From Squalus acanthias (lineage: Eukaryota): a DNA stretch of 64,000 bases. Below are positions 50,015 through 61,536 of the stretch, piece by piece (position 1 is the first letter of the stretch; each line of letters starts with the position of its first letter). Where the stretch lies: assembly GCA_030390025.1 (NCBI GenBank), contig CM059432.1, positions 105,650,001 through 105,714,000 of the forward strand. Reading direction: 5' to 3'. Below the pieces are notes generated by a model. It saw only the letters and a program-made list of their open reading frames with translations, did not search any database and was not told the DNA's origin. A program made the position numbers and the translations under genes.

Positions 50015-51214
50015 CTGAGGTTCTCAAGCGCGGGTCCCGAGGCGTTCACGAGAAGGTTTGAAGGGGTTCACCAAAACAAGCGCTGAGCAATGCTTTCCCT
50101 GGTGGAGCCGAATCTGAGCAATTTATAATTAGTAACACACTCAGATGAGATGCAGTCGGAAACGGGAATGGTTCACACGAGCAAAGTTTGGATTGAACTT
50201 TGAAAGGATAGGATTAGTGAAAAGTTTGGGACATAATGGTTCTTCTGGATGGCTAAGACTGCCGGCTTTCTTCGGATAGAGTTGCAGCGCATCGAATCGG
50301 TAAGTCGTCCAGGCTCCGAGCGGCAAAGCAGAGGGAAGAGATGGAGAACCGGTTGCAAGCGAGGGACGGACACAGCACTGACACCCAGTCAAGCTCATGC
50401 ACATAGGGCTCCTTTAAAACCTCTTTTCAAACGGGAATTCTCATCAGTTTCATAAACTGAAATTGACCAGCGGGTGATTTTTTTTGGCGGGGAGGGAAGG
50501 CGCGTTTGCGGATACGGTCCAAACTCAGTAAGATCTCTAGTCGGTTGAGTTTGAACGAAATTATCGGGAATGTTAACTGGAATGTCACACCTGCTGGCAG
50601 TTCTTTTTGCTGTTATGGGCCTAGATGGGCGACAAAGAGTCTGATTTTCCACCCGCCCCTCTCCTGGGCCGGGGTGACAATGCAGTCCAGGTCCTGGGCG
50701 TTGCCTTATTGATTCTGTATATTAATCATGCCCAGACTTGATGGTGTGAACACAAATTAATGTAGCCAGCCTTGTCTGGTAACTCACACCCCCATAGAGT
50801 AACTTTGCATTTTTCCTATCTTATTTTAAATATAAAAATACAAATATTTTTGATGAATTTTTATGCGTGTTAAGGAGAGGGATATTGGGACTGGGGAAAT
50901 GAACTATTGGACACTCCCTAGTCAGACATAGTATACCTATAAGCCCGCTTGTTTTCCCCAACCTCAGGAGAAAACCCCTTACTCAGTAATACTTATTTTC
51001 CAGAACCCATGATGGAACAATCTGCTACACACCAGTGGGCTACAAACCCCTTTAGTGAGAACTGCCACCCACTGTCCTATCACCAAAACAAAAAACATCA
51101 TAAATATATATGTTTAATTGTATAACCAATTTTTATACAGAAAAAGTACAGGGGTCCGTGGAATTTTTATAACACAGAAGGGGTCCTCAGAAGCAAAAGG
51201 GTTAAGAACCCCTG
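50015..51214. mobile_element. Probable non-autonomous hAT (Charlie-like) element
   Basis: Ends CTGAGGTTCTCAA / TTAAGAACCCCTG. Flanks gtcttaac / gtctaaaa resemble a degenerate 8-bp TSD. Internal GGGGTCC motifs near both ends. Confidence 0.55.
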
Positions 51215-51961
51215 GTCTAAAATCTTTATTGGTAGCGTTAAATACCTTAGCAATGCTCATCTGAAGCTGGAACACAGATGGTAAATTCACTGATGTCCCT
51301 GTAGATTAATTGTAGGTTTTTATGCTGGTCATTCAATTTTTATTAATGTAATATTTGTCTGCTTCTCATAATCTGTAATTTAGACCACATATTGCTTTCT
51401 ATAAAATTAGATCATTTAAAAATTCATATTTTTGACTTCGCAATCTCAGTCTCAAGCTTAACCGTGAGGTGAAGAAATGTTGAAGAAAGACCAAGCAGGT
51501 TCAGTGAGTGTGAGAGAGAGACAACAACAGAGACTCAGAGAGGAAGAAAGAATAGATCACACAGGAAGCTACATACTGTATTAGGAGGCAGAGGAAGCAA
51601 AAGAGCTAGCCCTACAGCAGCTGCCAGACAAATTCTGACCTGTCTCATTACAGGAACCTTTGCGTAGTTTGAAACACAAGCCTTGATATGTGGGCAAGCA
51701 GATTCCATGGCAGCAATGACATTGCTAAAGCCTCTGTCAATCACTCTCTCCATTCAACCAAACTGGTCAGATATCTTGCCCAAGGAGATTATATTGCAGT
51801 TCAAGGCACATGTTACAGCAGTCTGAGCATTCAGGAGAGAAACAAAGGCTGGTATTATGACCTCTGCTGTGAGGAGCTGTACAGCAGATGGCCCTGGAAT
51901 TGCTACTCGCTCTAAGGCCGCACTCATGCTGTCAATGCCTGGCATAAGCTCTCCACATAAT

Positions 51962-52110
51962 ATGGACAAAAGTGAGAAGTCGCACAACACCAGGTTATAG
52001 TCCAACAGTTTTATTTGAAATCACAAGCTTTCGGAGCTGCTGCTCCTTCGTCAGGTGAAGGGAAGGAATACAAATCGGCAAAGCATATTTAGACAGAGAA
52101 CAATGCCTGT
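51962..52110 (-). mobile_element. Penelope-like terminal fragment
   Basis: Matches 46262-46355 (gagaagtcgcacaacaccaggttatagtccaacag...aagctttcggagc). Confidence 0.8.
52021..52058 (-). ncRNA. Minimal type I hammerhead ribozyme motif
   Basis: UCAC-CUGACGA-A-GGAGC(AGCA)GCUCC-GAAA-GC-UU^GUGA. Confidence 0.82.
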
Positions 52111-52885
52111 GCAGCGTACAATGGCAGACGACTACAGTTAATCTTTCTGACTGCCTTTTATCACACCTCGGCAGAGAAACAATCAGGTCAGTCAGGAAGA
52201 CATTATATCAAAGACATAGCAAAATACAACTAAGACAAATTGTCTTCTAAACAATGGGCCCCAGACATCCCGATCCCTGGCTGCACCAGCTGTTGATGGA
52301 AGCATCGTCATCCTCCACCTAGGTGCTTCCTGCACCTCTTTCACCAGAGTGAATGGGCAGAATTTTCATTGACCCGTGGAGGTGGGTTTGGAGGCGTGTG
52401 GGGGGTTAAAATTGCAAAAACTGGCGGGCGGGCACAAGCCCGGCTCCATCCCGCCGCCACGCAATTTTCATTAAATCGTGTCTGCTGGTCCCGACTCCGT
52501 CCTGCCTCCAAGAGGTGGGATAGGCCGTTAAGGCCCTTAACAAGCACTAAATTGCCTCTATAATGCCATTTTGATAGGCCTTTGTGATTTTAACCCTTTT
52601 TTCCATGTGAAGCACGCCTGTTCTGAACCACGAATGTGAAACCTGGCGGTAGCACATTTGGATTGCTGACTATCAGCTGCAGCTCAACCATGAAATAGGA
52701 GATGTGATCAGCCATCATTTGCAGTTGGCAGGACTTTGTTGTCTGAGGTCTGGGGGAACTTTTATATGGCATAACCACAGTTGTGGAAGTTTGGAGCCTG
52801 ACACCCATCTCCAGTGTGACCTCCTGGGAAACCCCTCTCACCACCTTGACTGAGCGCTTCCTCAACTGAGGCATATACCAGAAGC

Positions 52886-53107
52886 ATGGGAACCATTTAT
52901 TTCCTTTCCTCCTGGATATCAGATTCGGACGAAGACCAGCCGTGGCAGCAGCAGAACCATGAGCAACAGCACCACCAGCAGCAGCAGCATCAACAGGAGT
53001 GCCAAGCTGCTCCTCACCCACCCGAAGCTGCACTGGGCAGAAGGCGCCTGCGCGCGACCACATTGCTGCCTGAGATGCAAGGGACGCACTTGCCCAGATT
53101 TGCTTAG
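52886..53107 (+). pseudogene. Internally deleted Harbinger transposase remnant
   Basis: MGTIYFLSSWISDSDEDQPWQQQ...LPRFA*, the same deletion structure as 15001-15227. Confidence 0.6.
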
Positions 53108-53344
53108 CCTGCACAATCAAACACCTTTGCCTCGCACCTTCTTATCAGACCATCGACAATGGCCAGGAACCTGCGGATTCCTATCACTCTGACCACCATA
53201 CTGACAATTGCAAGTCATCCTATGTGGAAGTCCCATTTGCGAAATGACGGACGCCACAACTTCAGCAGTTTGCTAGCAGAATTTCTAATCACACCAAGCA
53301 AGTGCTGGCATTTCAAGATTAAACACAACATTAGACCCAAGTGA

Positions 53345-55332
53345 CTACCCGTGCATTATTTTTCTTTTACGCGTGCTCCTACGTGGTGCTTCCCCTGTGG
53401 CTTCAGCAGATGTGGAGGCCCCTTGCTCACTTTCTTGCTGCTCCTGCCTCGACACCTTTGGCGGGTGTCCTCTGGGGTTGCGAGCCTGTGAGGGCTCGGC
53501 AACAGTCTGCTGCTCCTGCGGCTGTGCAGGGGTTGAGACGCCGATCTCAGTTGGGTGAGGACTCTGGTGGGGCTCTGACCGAGGGCTTTGCAGTGGCTTG
53601 GTCGTGTGAGCGCTTGGAGAGGAGCCCCCACTTCCTTGTTGTCTGCCACCAACATCCCTCTCATGGGTCAGCCCCACCTCAGCGCTTGCAAGTGGATTGA
53701 GAGCACCTTGCTGCACATCAGAGGGGCCATGGGGACACGTATCTGCACTGGAAGTCCTACTCAGAAGGACTTGCCTGAAGGTCTGGTTTCTGTGTTCAAT
53801 AGATGACCATCGCTCCTCAAGAGATGCTAGTCTATTCTGAACAATGACCATGTTTTCTACACTCTGGCGACTTATCTCCTACATAGCCGTAGCCATCCTC
53901 TCCTCTACTGTAGCCATCCTTTCCACAGAGGTTGCCATCCTTTCCGTGGTGATGCGTTCATGCGCCAATGACTCCACAAAGGCTCTGCTCATGTTCGCTA
54001 TGGACTCCTCCATTCGCTCCACACTCGCAGCGACCCTGGAGACAAAACCTGCCAGAGACTCCTGCATCTCTTCCTGGAGTTCCAGCACCGCTGATCTTAT
54101 GGATGGACCCAGAGGCAGAGGGTCGACATGCAGCTGAGCCGAGCTAGGAGAGTCCTGCGCCCTCCGACTAGGACTCTCCACTGCTGTCCCTGTCTCCACT
54201 ATCTGCTGATGCTCACTTGTGAGCTGTGATACACCAGGTGACAACACTACTCTATCTCACGATGTTCCCTCCGAGGTGTGAGTGTCTGCGCTGGTGCTGG
54301 GTGCGCTGAGTTCTGCTGATGCGGCGCCCTCAGAGGTTGCAGCTTCCTCTGAGGAGTGGTGAGGCTCATGCTCTTCCTCCTGGACGGTGGGGACGGCTGC
54401 TCGCGATGGTCCTGGGGGGGAGTAAAGGAAAGAGTCAGAGATGTGAGTCCAAGGTTACATGCACATTGCATATTGCAGATGATCATAAGTCAGTCTGCTG
54501 GAGCATCAGAATCATTATCAGTGACTCATGCAATGTCAATGAGAGATGATAAACTATTCTGTCACCAGCTTGCTCTGATACACCCGTCTGTCCGTCCCCC
54601 ACTTGCGCATCCTCCTCCACTCCCGTGATCTCCAGGACCACCTCCTTCCAGGTGGTGAGCTGGGCTACTGAGGGTGGCCCTCCTCCTGTCCTCGCTCTTT
54701 CCCTCTTATTGTGAGCTCTCTTTCCCTGCAATGAGAGAGACAAGTGGAGTTTGAGTGAGAATGAAGGAGTGAGTGTAGAGAATCTATATCATTGATGGTT
54801 AGAAGGAGACAAATTCGGAGTGAGGTGGCAAGACCATGGGCCCTCCCTGTGTGTTGTAAGTTGTTTTCATAGCATCACAGCGATAGGGAGTGTGAGGGCT
54901 GCATAGTCGAATAGTTAGGTGAATGTGACCATACAGAGAGAGGGAATGGGTAAGGGTGCAGGGATGTCAGTGTCAAGTGGGATGTGGAGGAAGAGGTTGT
55001 CAAAGCTGAGTGCTGGTGAGGAGAGGCAATGGGGATCGGAATGAGGGTGATGGGAAATTCATACTCACTTTTCCAGTGCGCAGCAGGTCATGAAACCTCT
55101 TCCTGCACTGAAGCCAGGTTCTGCGGGTTATGGACAACGAGTTGACCTCCTCTGCCACCTGAATCCACACAGCCTTGGTTTGATGGGAAGGCTTCTTCCT
55201 CCCTGAAGAAGGGAAGAGCACCTCCTTATTAGCTCTGGCTCCTTCAATTGAAGCTTGCAGGGCGACGTCATCAAATCGAGGTGCAGACCTAGGTCTCTGG
55301 CTGGCCAATCTTCCTGCAGGTGCCTCTAACAT
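53345..55332 (-). pseudogene. Three-exon Myb/SANT-like Harbinger gene, splice sites intact, two in-frame stops in exon 3
   Basis: Exons ~55332-55069, 54725-54566, 54411-53345 splice in frame with GT-AG. Stops at about 54257 and 53879. Roughly 490 codons. Confidence 0.85.
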
Positions 55333-55661
55333 GCAAAGGCAGAGCTTGGCAGTCTGCAGAGGAAGCAAGGCTTGTTGCAGACCTTAAATGCTGCAGCAAT
55401 GATGACGTCATCAGAAGTGACTTTCAAACTGGAAAAACTCACTGGCCATGGGTTCCCACACGTTGGAACTCAATTAGCCAATTATGTTAAAATCGCATCA
55501 ATCTCCCACATCGATTTAGATTCGGGTGGCTAACACGAAATGTGGATTACACGACCCCAGCCCACCCCTGAATCAAAATCCAGCCCAATGTCTTTGAATG
55601 CCACAGTGAGATGCATGGTGTCTGTGAGGTAGTTGGTGGATGCTCCTGGCATACCTACCGA

Positions 55662-57222
55662 GACACAGCAAAGGCTATGGGCCCCAACAACATCCCGGCT
55701 ATCGTGCTGAAGACTTGTGCTCCAGAACTAGCCGCACCTCTAGCCAAGCTGTTCCAGTGCAGCTACAACACTGGCATCTATCTGACAATGTGGAAAACTA
55801 CCCAGGTATGTCCTGTCCACAAAAAGCAGGACAAATCCAACCCGGCCAATTAGAGCCCCATCAGTCTACTCTCAACCATTAGCAAAGTGATGGAAGGAGT
55901 CATCGACAGTGCTATCAAGCGGCACTTACTCACCAATAACCTGCTCACTGATGCCCAGTTTGGGTTCCGCCAAGACCACTCGGACCCAACCTCATTACAG
56001 CCTTGGTCCAAACATGGACAAAGGAGCTGAATTCCTGAGGTGAGGTGAGAGTGACTGCCCTTGACATCAAGACAGCATTTGACTGAGTCTGGCATCAAGG
56101 AGCCCTAGTAAAACTGAAGTCAATGGGAATCAGGGGGAAAACGCTCCACTGGCTGGAGTCATACCTAGCACAAAGGAAGATCGTTGTGGTGATTGAAGGT
56201 CAATCATCACAACCCCAGGACATTGCTGCAGAAGTTCCTCAGGGCAGTGACCTAGGCCCAAACATCTTCAGCTGCTTCATCAATGACCTTCCCTCCAACA
56301 TAAGGTCAGAAATGGGGATGTTCGCTGATGACTGCACAGTGTTCAGCATCATTCACAACTCCTCAGATAATGAAGCAGTCCATGCCCGCATGCAACAAGA
56401 CCTGGACGACGTTCAGGCTTGGGCTGATAAGTGGCAGGTAACATTCGTGCCACAGAATTGCCAGGCAATGACTATCTCCAACAAGCGAGAATCTAACCAC
56501 CTCCTCTTGACATTCAATGGCATTACCATCACCGAATTCCCCCACCATCAACATCCTGGGGGGGTCACCGTTGACCAGAAACTTAATTGGACCAGCCACA
56601 TAAATACTGTGGCAACAAGAGCAGGTCAGAGGCTAGGTATTCTGCAGCGAGTGTCTCATCTCCTGACTCCCCAAAGCCTTTCCACCATCTACAAGGCACA
56701 AGTAAGGAGTGTGATGGAATACTCTCCACTTGCCTGGATGAGTACAGCTGCAACAACACTGAAGAAGCTCGACACCATCTAGGACAAAGCAGCCCAGTTG
56801 ATTGGCACCCCATCCACCACCTTAAATATTCACTCTCTCCACCACCGGCGTACCGTGGCTGCAGTGTGTACCATCTACAAGATGCACTGCAGCAACTCGC
56901 CAAGACCTCTTCGGCAGCACCTCCCAAACCCGCCACCTCTTCCACCTAGAAGGACAAGGGCAGCAGGCGCATGGAAACACCACCACCTCCAAGTTCCCCT
57001 CCAAGTCACACACCATCCTGACTTAGAAGTATATCGCCGATCCTTCATCGTTGCTGGGTCAAAATCCTGGAACTCCCTACCTAACGGCACTGTAGGAGTA
57101 CCTTCACCACACGGACTGCAGCAGTCAAGAAGGCGGCTCACCACCACCTTCTCAAGGGCAACTAGGGATGGGCAATAAATGCTGGCCTTGCCAGCGACGC
57201 CCAGCTCCCATAAGCAAATAAA
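55662..57222 (+). mobile_element. 5'-truncated copy of the second LINE family (RT half)
   Basis: KAMGPNNIP, QFGFR, FADDCTVF. Overlaps 63181-63459 in sequence and shares its 3' end with 36820-36890. Confidence 0.88.
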
Positions 57223-57669
57223 ACATTTTTATTAAAAAGGTGGTCCTTGTTTCAGTGCATGTGGGAGGATGCAAAGCTTGTGCCAGGACATGGTCTCCTG
57301 CTTCCCCATCTCCAACCTCCTGTGGAACCTCTGGTACCTTGCAGGATCCCCTTTTCAAATGGTGTAAGGTCCTGCATTGCAGCTAGACCCCCTCCCATGT
57401 GGCTTGCTCCGTCTCCTACAAAGAGGCAGGGATAGAGAGATCACAGTGTGTGCATGGAATCTACGTTATCTCAAATGGGAGGGTGAACTTCATGAAGACA
57501 AGTTCTGTATGCAGGTGTTTATCAGTGAAAGCATGTTGGCAGTGTTCTATAGACATGCCTACGCTGAGGGAAGGGTTGCTGGGTGAGGGAAGTAGTAGGA
57601 AGTGCACAGTGATACCTCAGGAGGGAAGAACTTGATACTTAAAAGAAAGAAGAGGGGCCTGTGAAGCTG

Positions 57670-57870
57670 TCCCTTGCGAGGGCATTGAATTTTGTTCTGC
57701 ATTGATGTAGTGTTTTGGCTATGGTGCTGATGGCATTGATCCTGACAACTGTCACCCTCTTCTGTCGACTACCTTGGCCACCTTAAGGCCTTGGATGGGA
57801 AAGAACCTCCCTTCATCAGCAACTCAACAGCATCATCCTTAAAGCAGGGCGCCCTGCTTCTTCCAAAACT
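57670..57870 (-). pseudogene. Very degraded Harbinger Myb/SANT exon remnant
   Basis: RAPCFKDDAVELL at the start and QCRTKFNAL-like sequence near 57680-57705. Confidence 0.4.
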
Positions 57871-58714
57871 CGTTCTCAACATCAGAGACCCCTTCACTTC
57901 TGACAAAAGTCTGGAGAAATCCCACCGTGACAGGAGCCACCATTCACCCGGTGGTCCTTTACAGCACATTCACTTCCTCTGCACAATGGGTGTGGGCCCA
58001 ATTGCTGCACAGCATGTGCACAGGACGCATGGCCACTCAAGGAAAATACCCCCGGGGAGGAAATAAACATGCAGATAGGACTATCCCAGATGAGTACACT
58101 TTCAGCATGTCCTGCAGCTGTGCACTTGGCCATGGGATCGAGGAAAATTGGCCTGATTGTTTCTTAATCCCAATATTTGATCTACTTAGTTGCCGACAAA
58201 TCTTTATCCCCAACCCCTCTCTCTCTCTCCCCACCCACCCCCACCCCCCCTCACCCCGCTCCCTCAATTGAATTGGAATTTACCATTCGCATCTAAGGTT
58301 CACATCATAAATTAGCTCTCCTTTTGACTGCCTCAAATAATCCAATCCATGGTATATCAACAGTTAAACAAGCCAAACCAATCACTACAGAGCCGCAGTA
58401 CAACATTGAGTGAAGTGTAATTAACTTCTAATTGCCAGCTTCATCAAAGGTGAAGTTGGACACAGTGATGCGTTAACTAATATCACCTTATTTAACGACA
58501 TCTATGATAACACAATTAATATCAATAACAAGATATTGAGGATTACATAAGCATTTGGATATGCACTATTAATTGGCAGAGTCCCAATTATCATAGGCAC
58601 AGCAGTCGTTTAAGTGTGCCACAATACCTCAGCATTTGTTGGATTTCGCTTTATAACAGTATAACAAAATTATGTTCAGTGTTCCAAATTACATCTCAGC
58701 TAAGAAAGGTTAAG

Positions 58715-59597
58715 TTTACTGTCTGAAGTGGCAGAAGTTGGGTAGTGGTGTTCCACAAGGATCAGTGCTGGGACCACTGTTGTCCACAATTTATATTAAC
58801 GATTTAGACAATGTGAGGTATTACATTTTGGTAGGAAGATTAGGGAGGTCACTTATTACTTGGAGGGTGTGAGTCTGGGTGGGTAGAAGAGCAAAGGGAT
58901 CTCAGAGTACAAATACACAAATCACTATAAAAGTAGCGACACAGGTTAATAAGGCCATAAAAAAGCAAACCAGGCACTAGGGTTTATTTCTAGAGGGATA
59001 GAATTGAAAAGCAGTGAAGTTATGCTAAACCTGTATCGAACCTTGGTTAGACCACACTTGGAGTACTGCGTGCAGTTCTGGTCGCCATATTATAAAAAGG
59101 ATATAGAGGCAGTGGAGAGGGTGCAGAGAAGATTTGCAAGGATGATACCAGGGTATACCTATCAGGAAAGGATGAACAGGCTGGGTCTCTTTTCACTTTA
59201 AAAAAGAAGGCGAAGGGGTGATCTAAATGAGGTCTTTAAAATTTTGAAAGGTTTTGATAGAGTAGATACAGAGAGAGTGTTACCACTTGTGGGGAAGAGC
59301 ATAACTAGAGGCCATCAATATAAGATAGTCACCAAGAAATCAAATAGGGAATTCTGAAGAAACCTCTTTACCCAGAGAGTGGTGAGAATGTGGAACTCGC
59401 TACCACAGGGAGTAGTTGAGGCGAATAGTATATATGAATTTAAGGAGAGGCTAGATAAGCATATGAGGGAGAAGGGAATAGAGGGTAATGCTGATAGAGT
59501 TAGATGAGGAAGGATGGGAGGAGGCTCAAGTGGAGCATAAATGGCGACATGGACTGGTTGGGCTGAACGGCCTGTTTCTGTGCCGTATATCCTATGT
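58715..59597 (+). mobile_element. Degraded CR1 3' fragment
   Basis: [11 protein letters not shown] and LYRTLVRPHLEYCVQFWSP motifs, with internal deletions. Confidence 0.85.
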
Positions 59598-60029
59598 AAG
59601 TCAACGTTTCATTGGTAAGTTTCCAGTAGTCGGGCTATTCCTCTGTGGTATGAACATAAGATATACAACTCTAGCCTTTGTAATAAGTTGTCTACTGTGG
59701 CACTGAGCACAAGTGCCTACTTCTGGGATGCTTTGCTTCAGTTTTGGGGGATGCAAATGGCAAGTTGTCATCCACGGTCATTGTCTTCCCTCTTCTTATC
59801 ATAGTTTAACTCATATTGCATGTACCTATTTCTCTGTATTGTTCTGCAGTTTACTCTCTGTGCTCAGACACGTATGCTATTAATCCTTACTTATCTTGCC
59901 AGGAACTGTATTCGTGGGTCCCCGGCAGTGGCCTGATGCCCCCCACTTCCCCAATTTTTGACTCTCGCCCATAGGTGGTGAAATAATTCCTGCTGGCTTC
60001 AGGCGGGAGTCAGTGTCGGTTAATGTAAA

Positions 60030-60320
60030 TGAAAAAGAAAAGAAAGACCTGCATTTATATATTGTCACGACCTCAGGACGTTCCAAAGTGCTTTACAGCC
60101 AATGAAGTACTTTTGAAGTGTAGTCACTATTGTAATGTAGGAAACGCAACAGCCAATTTGCACACAGCAATGTCCCACAAACAACAATGTGAAAATTACC
60201 AGATAATCTGTTTTAGTGATATTGTTGAGGAATAATTATTGGCCAGGACACCAGGGAGAATTCTCCTGCTCTTCTTCGAAATAGTGCCGTGGGATCTTTT
60301 ACGTCCACCTGAGAGGGCAT
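60030..60320 (-). mobile_element. tRNA-derived SINE (DeuSINE-like), 3' part
   Basis: Reverse complement matches 49045-49330. Confidence 0.75.
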
Positions 60321-60578
60321 AAGTTGCACTGGTTCATTTTTTTTTAATCCAAGGCCCAAGGACACTCGACCCAAATAAGAAGAATTCTCCTTTTCATTCT
60401 TATTGCCTGCTAAAATATACAACAAACTCCAATTTAATTGGTCACATAAAGTGTGCAGTGAACTACCATTTTGCCTGAATAACTGGCATTTTGTCTGAAT
60501 ATCTGTCATTTTGTCAGTCAGTGCTATATTACAATGCAGCATATTAACCATCTAATGCGAAGTTTTAATTTTATTAAG

Positions 60579-60650
60579 GATTGATTGGTGAACCTGGTCA
60601 GAATGGAGAAATTGGACAAAGGGGTAAAATCGGTCCAATTGGTTCAAAGG
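60579..60650 (+). CDS. COLEC10: Collectin collagen-domain exon (72 bp, phase 1-1)
   Basis: ttttattaag|...|gtaagt boundaries. Encodes GLIGEPGQNGEIGQRGKIGPIGSK(G). The remaining exons (neck, C-type lectin domain) would lie beyond the window. Confidence 0.9.
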
Positions 60651-61536
60651 GTAAGTCCAAAATGTGAACACAGTATAAAAACTTTGAAGTTGCAATGTTT
60701 AGATATAATCAAGCATTTCCTTTCTCATGCAATTATTTTTCTCCTCGAACACTATTTAAGATTAAACAAAGAGAATTGGAAAATAACTGTGTCTGATTAC
60801 ATCAGCACATGCTAGAACACTTTGGAATAAATGTTCTATTGCAAATGTTTAAGCAATTCATTCACATTCTTCCAATGAAGAAACAATTTAGGAATAAATT
60901 CCATGTCATGGAAAAAATGAGTTCATTATTTTTTGATGCAAACACATTCTGTAGCAACACAAACTTTGCTTAATATTCTCTCTCCCCCATTCAATGTGGT
61001 ACATTTATTTTGTGTGTGGGAGTGAGAGAAGGAGAGCAGGAGTGGTATTAATGTGGCTCCAGTAATGGTGGCACCAGTATTTTGTTTAATCTTAAGTTGG
61101 AGTGCATGTGCTGCATTTCATCATTTTTAAATATATATATGTTTGGATAAAACATTTACACATAGCCCTGATAATCAAATTGACAATGGTCATTTTCACT
61201 CCTAATTAAATAAAGATAATAAAATTCCTTCATCTCAGGGTGAAAATGGTTTCTATGATTTGTGTGAGATCAGTTCATTTCCTCCCTGTTGTCTTGATTC
61301 AGCTCCAGTGTGCAAGTGCAAAAGCAAGCAGGGAACAGATTGCCGTGGCCTAATAGGTATTTAAGGCGGATTATCCCCCCATTGGGGGTATTGTGACAGG
61401 ACAGGACTTCCCCGCTACCAAGAGGGAAGCACGCTATTGCTAGGCCAGAGAAATACTGGGGGTGCCGCAGCAGGACCTCTGCTGCAACACTTGAAGAGGT
61501 GGACAACTCAACAGGGATGGAAGAGCCCCAAAAGTC

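Larger units (their letters stand above)
52355..55586 (-). mobile_element. Non-autonomous PIF/Harbinger transposon carrying a Myb/SANT gene (copy 2, inverted relative to copy 1)
   Basis: TIRs GGGCAGAATTTTCATT / AATCAAAATCCAGCCC (13/16 match), TSD AAT (52352-52354, 55587-55589), collinear with 12469-15756. Confidence 0.92.

Noticed and set aside
60585..60815. 76-aa ORF overlapping the third collectin exon
   Set aside because: Wrong frame. The Gly-X-Y frame bounded by AG/GT is the real one.
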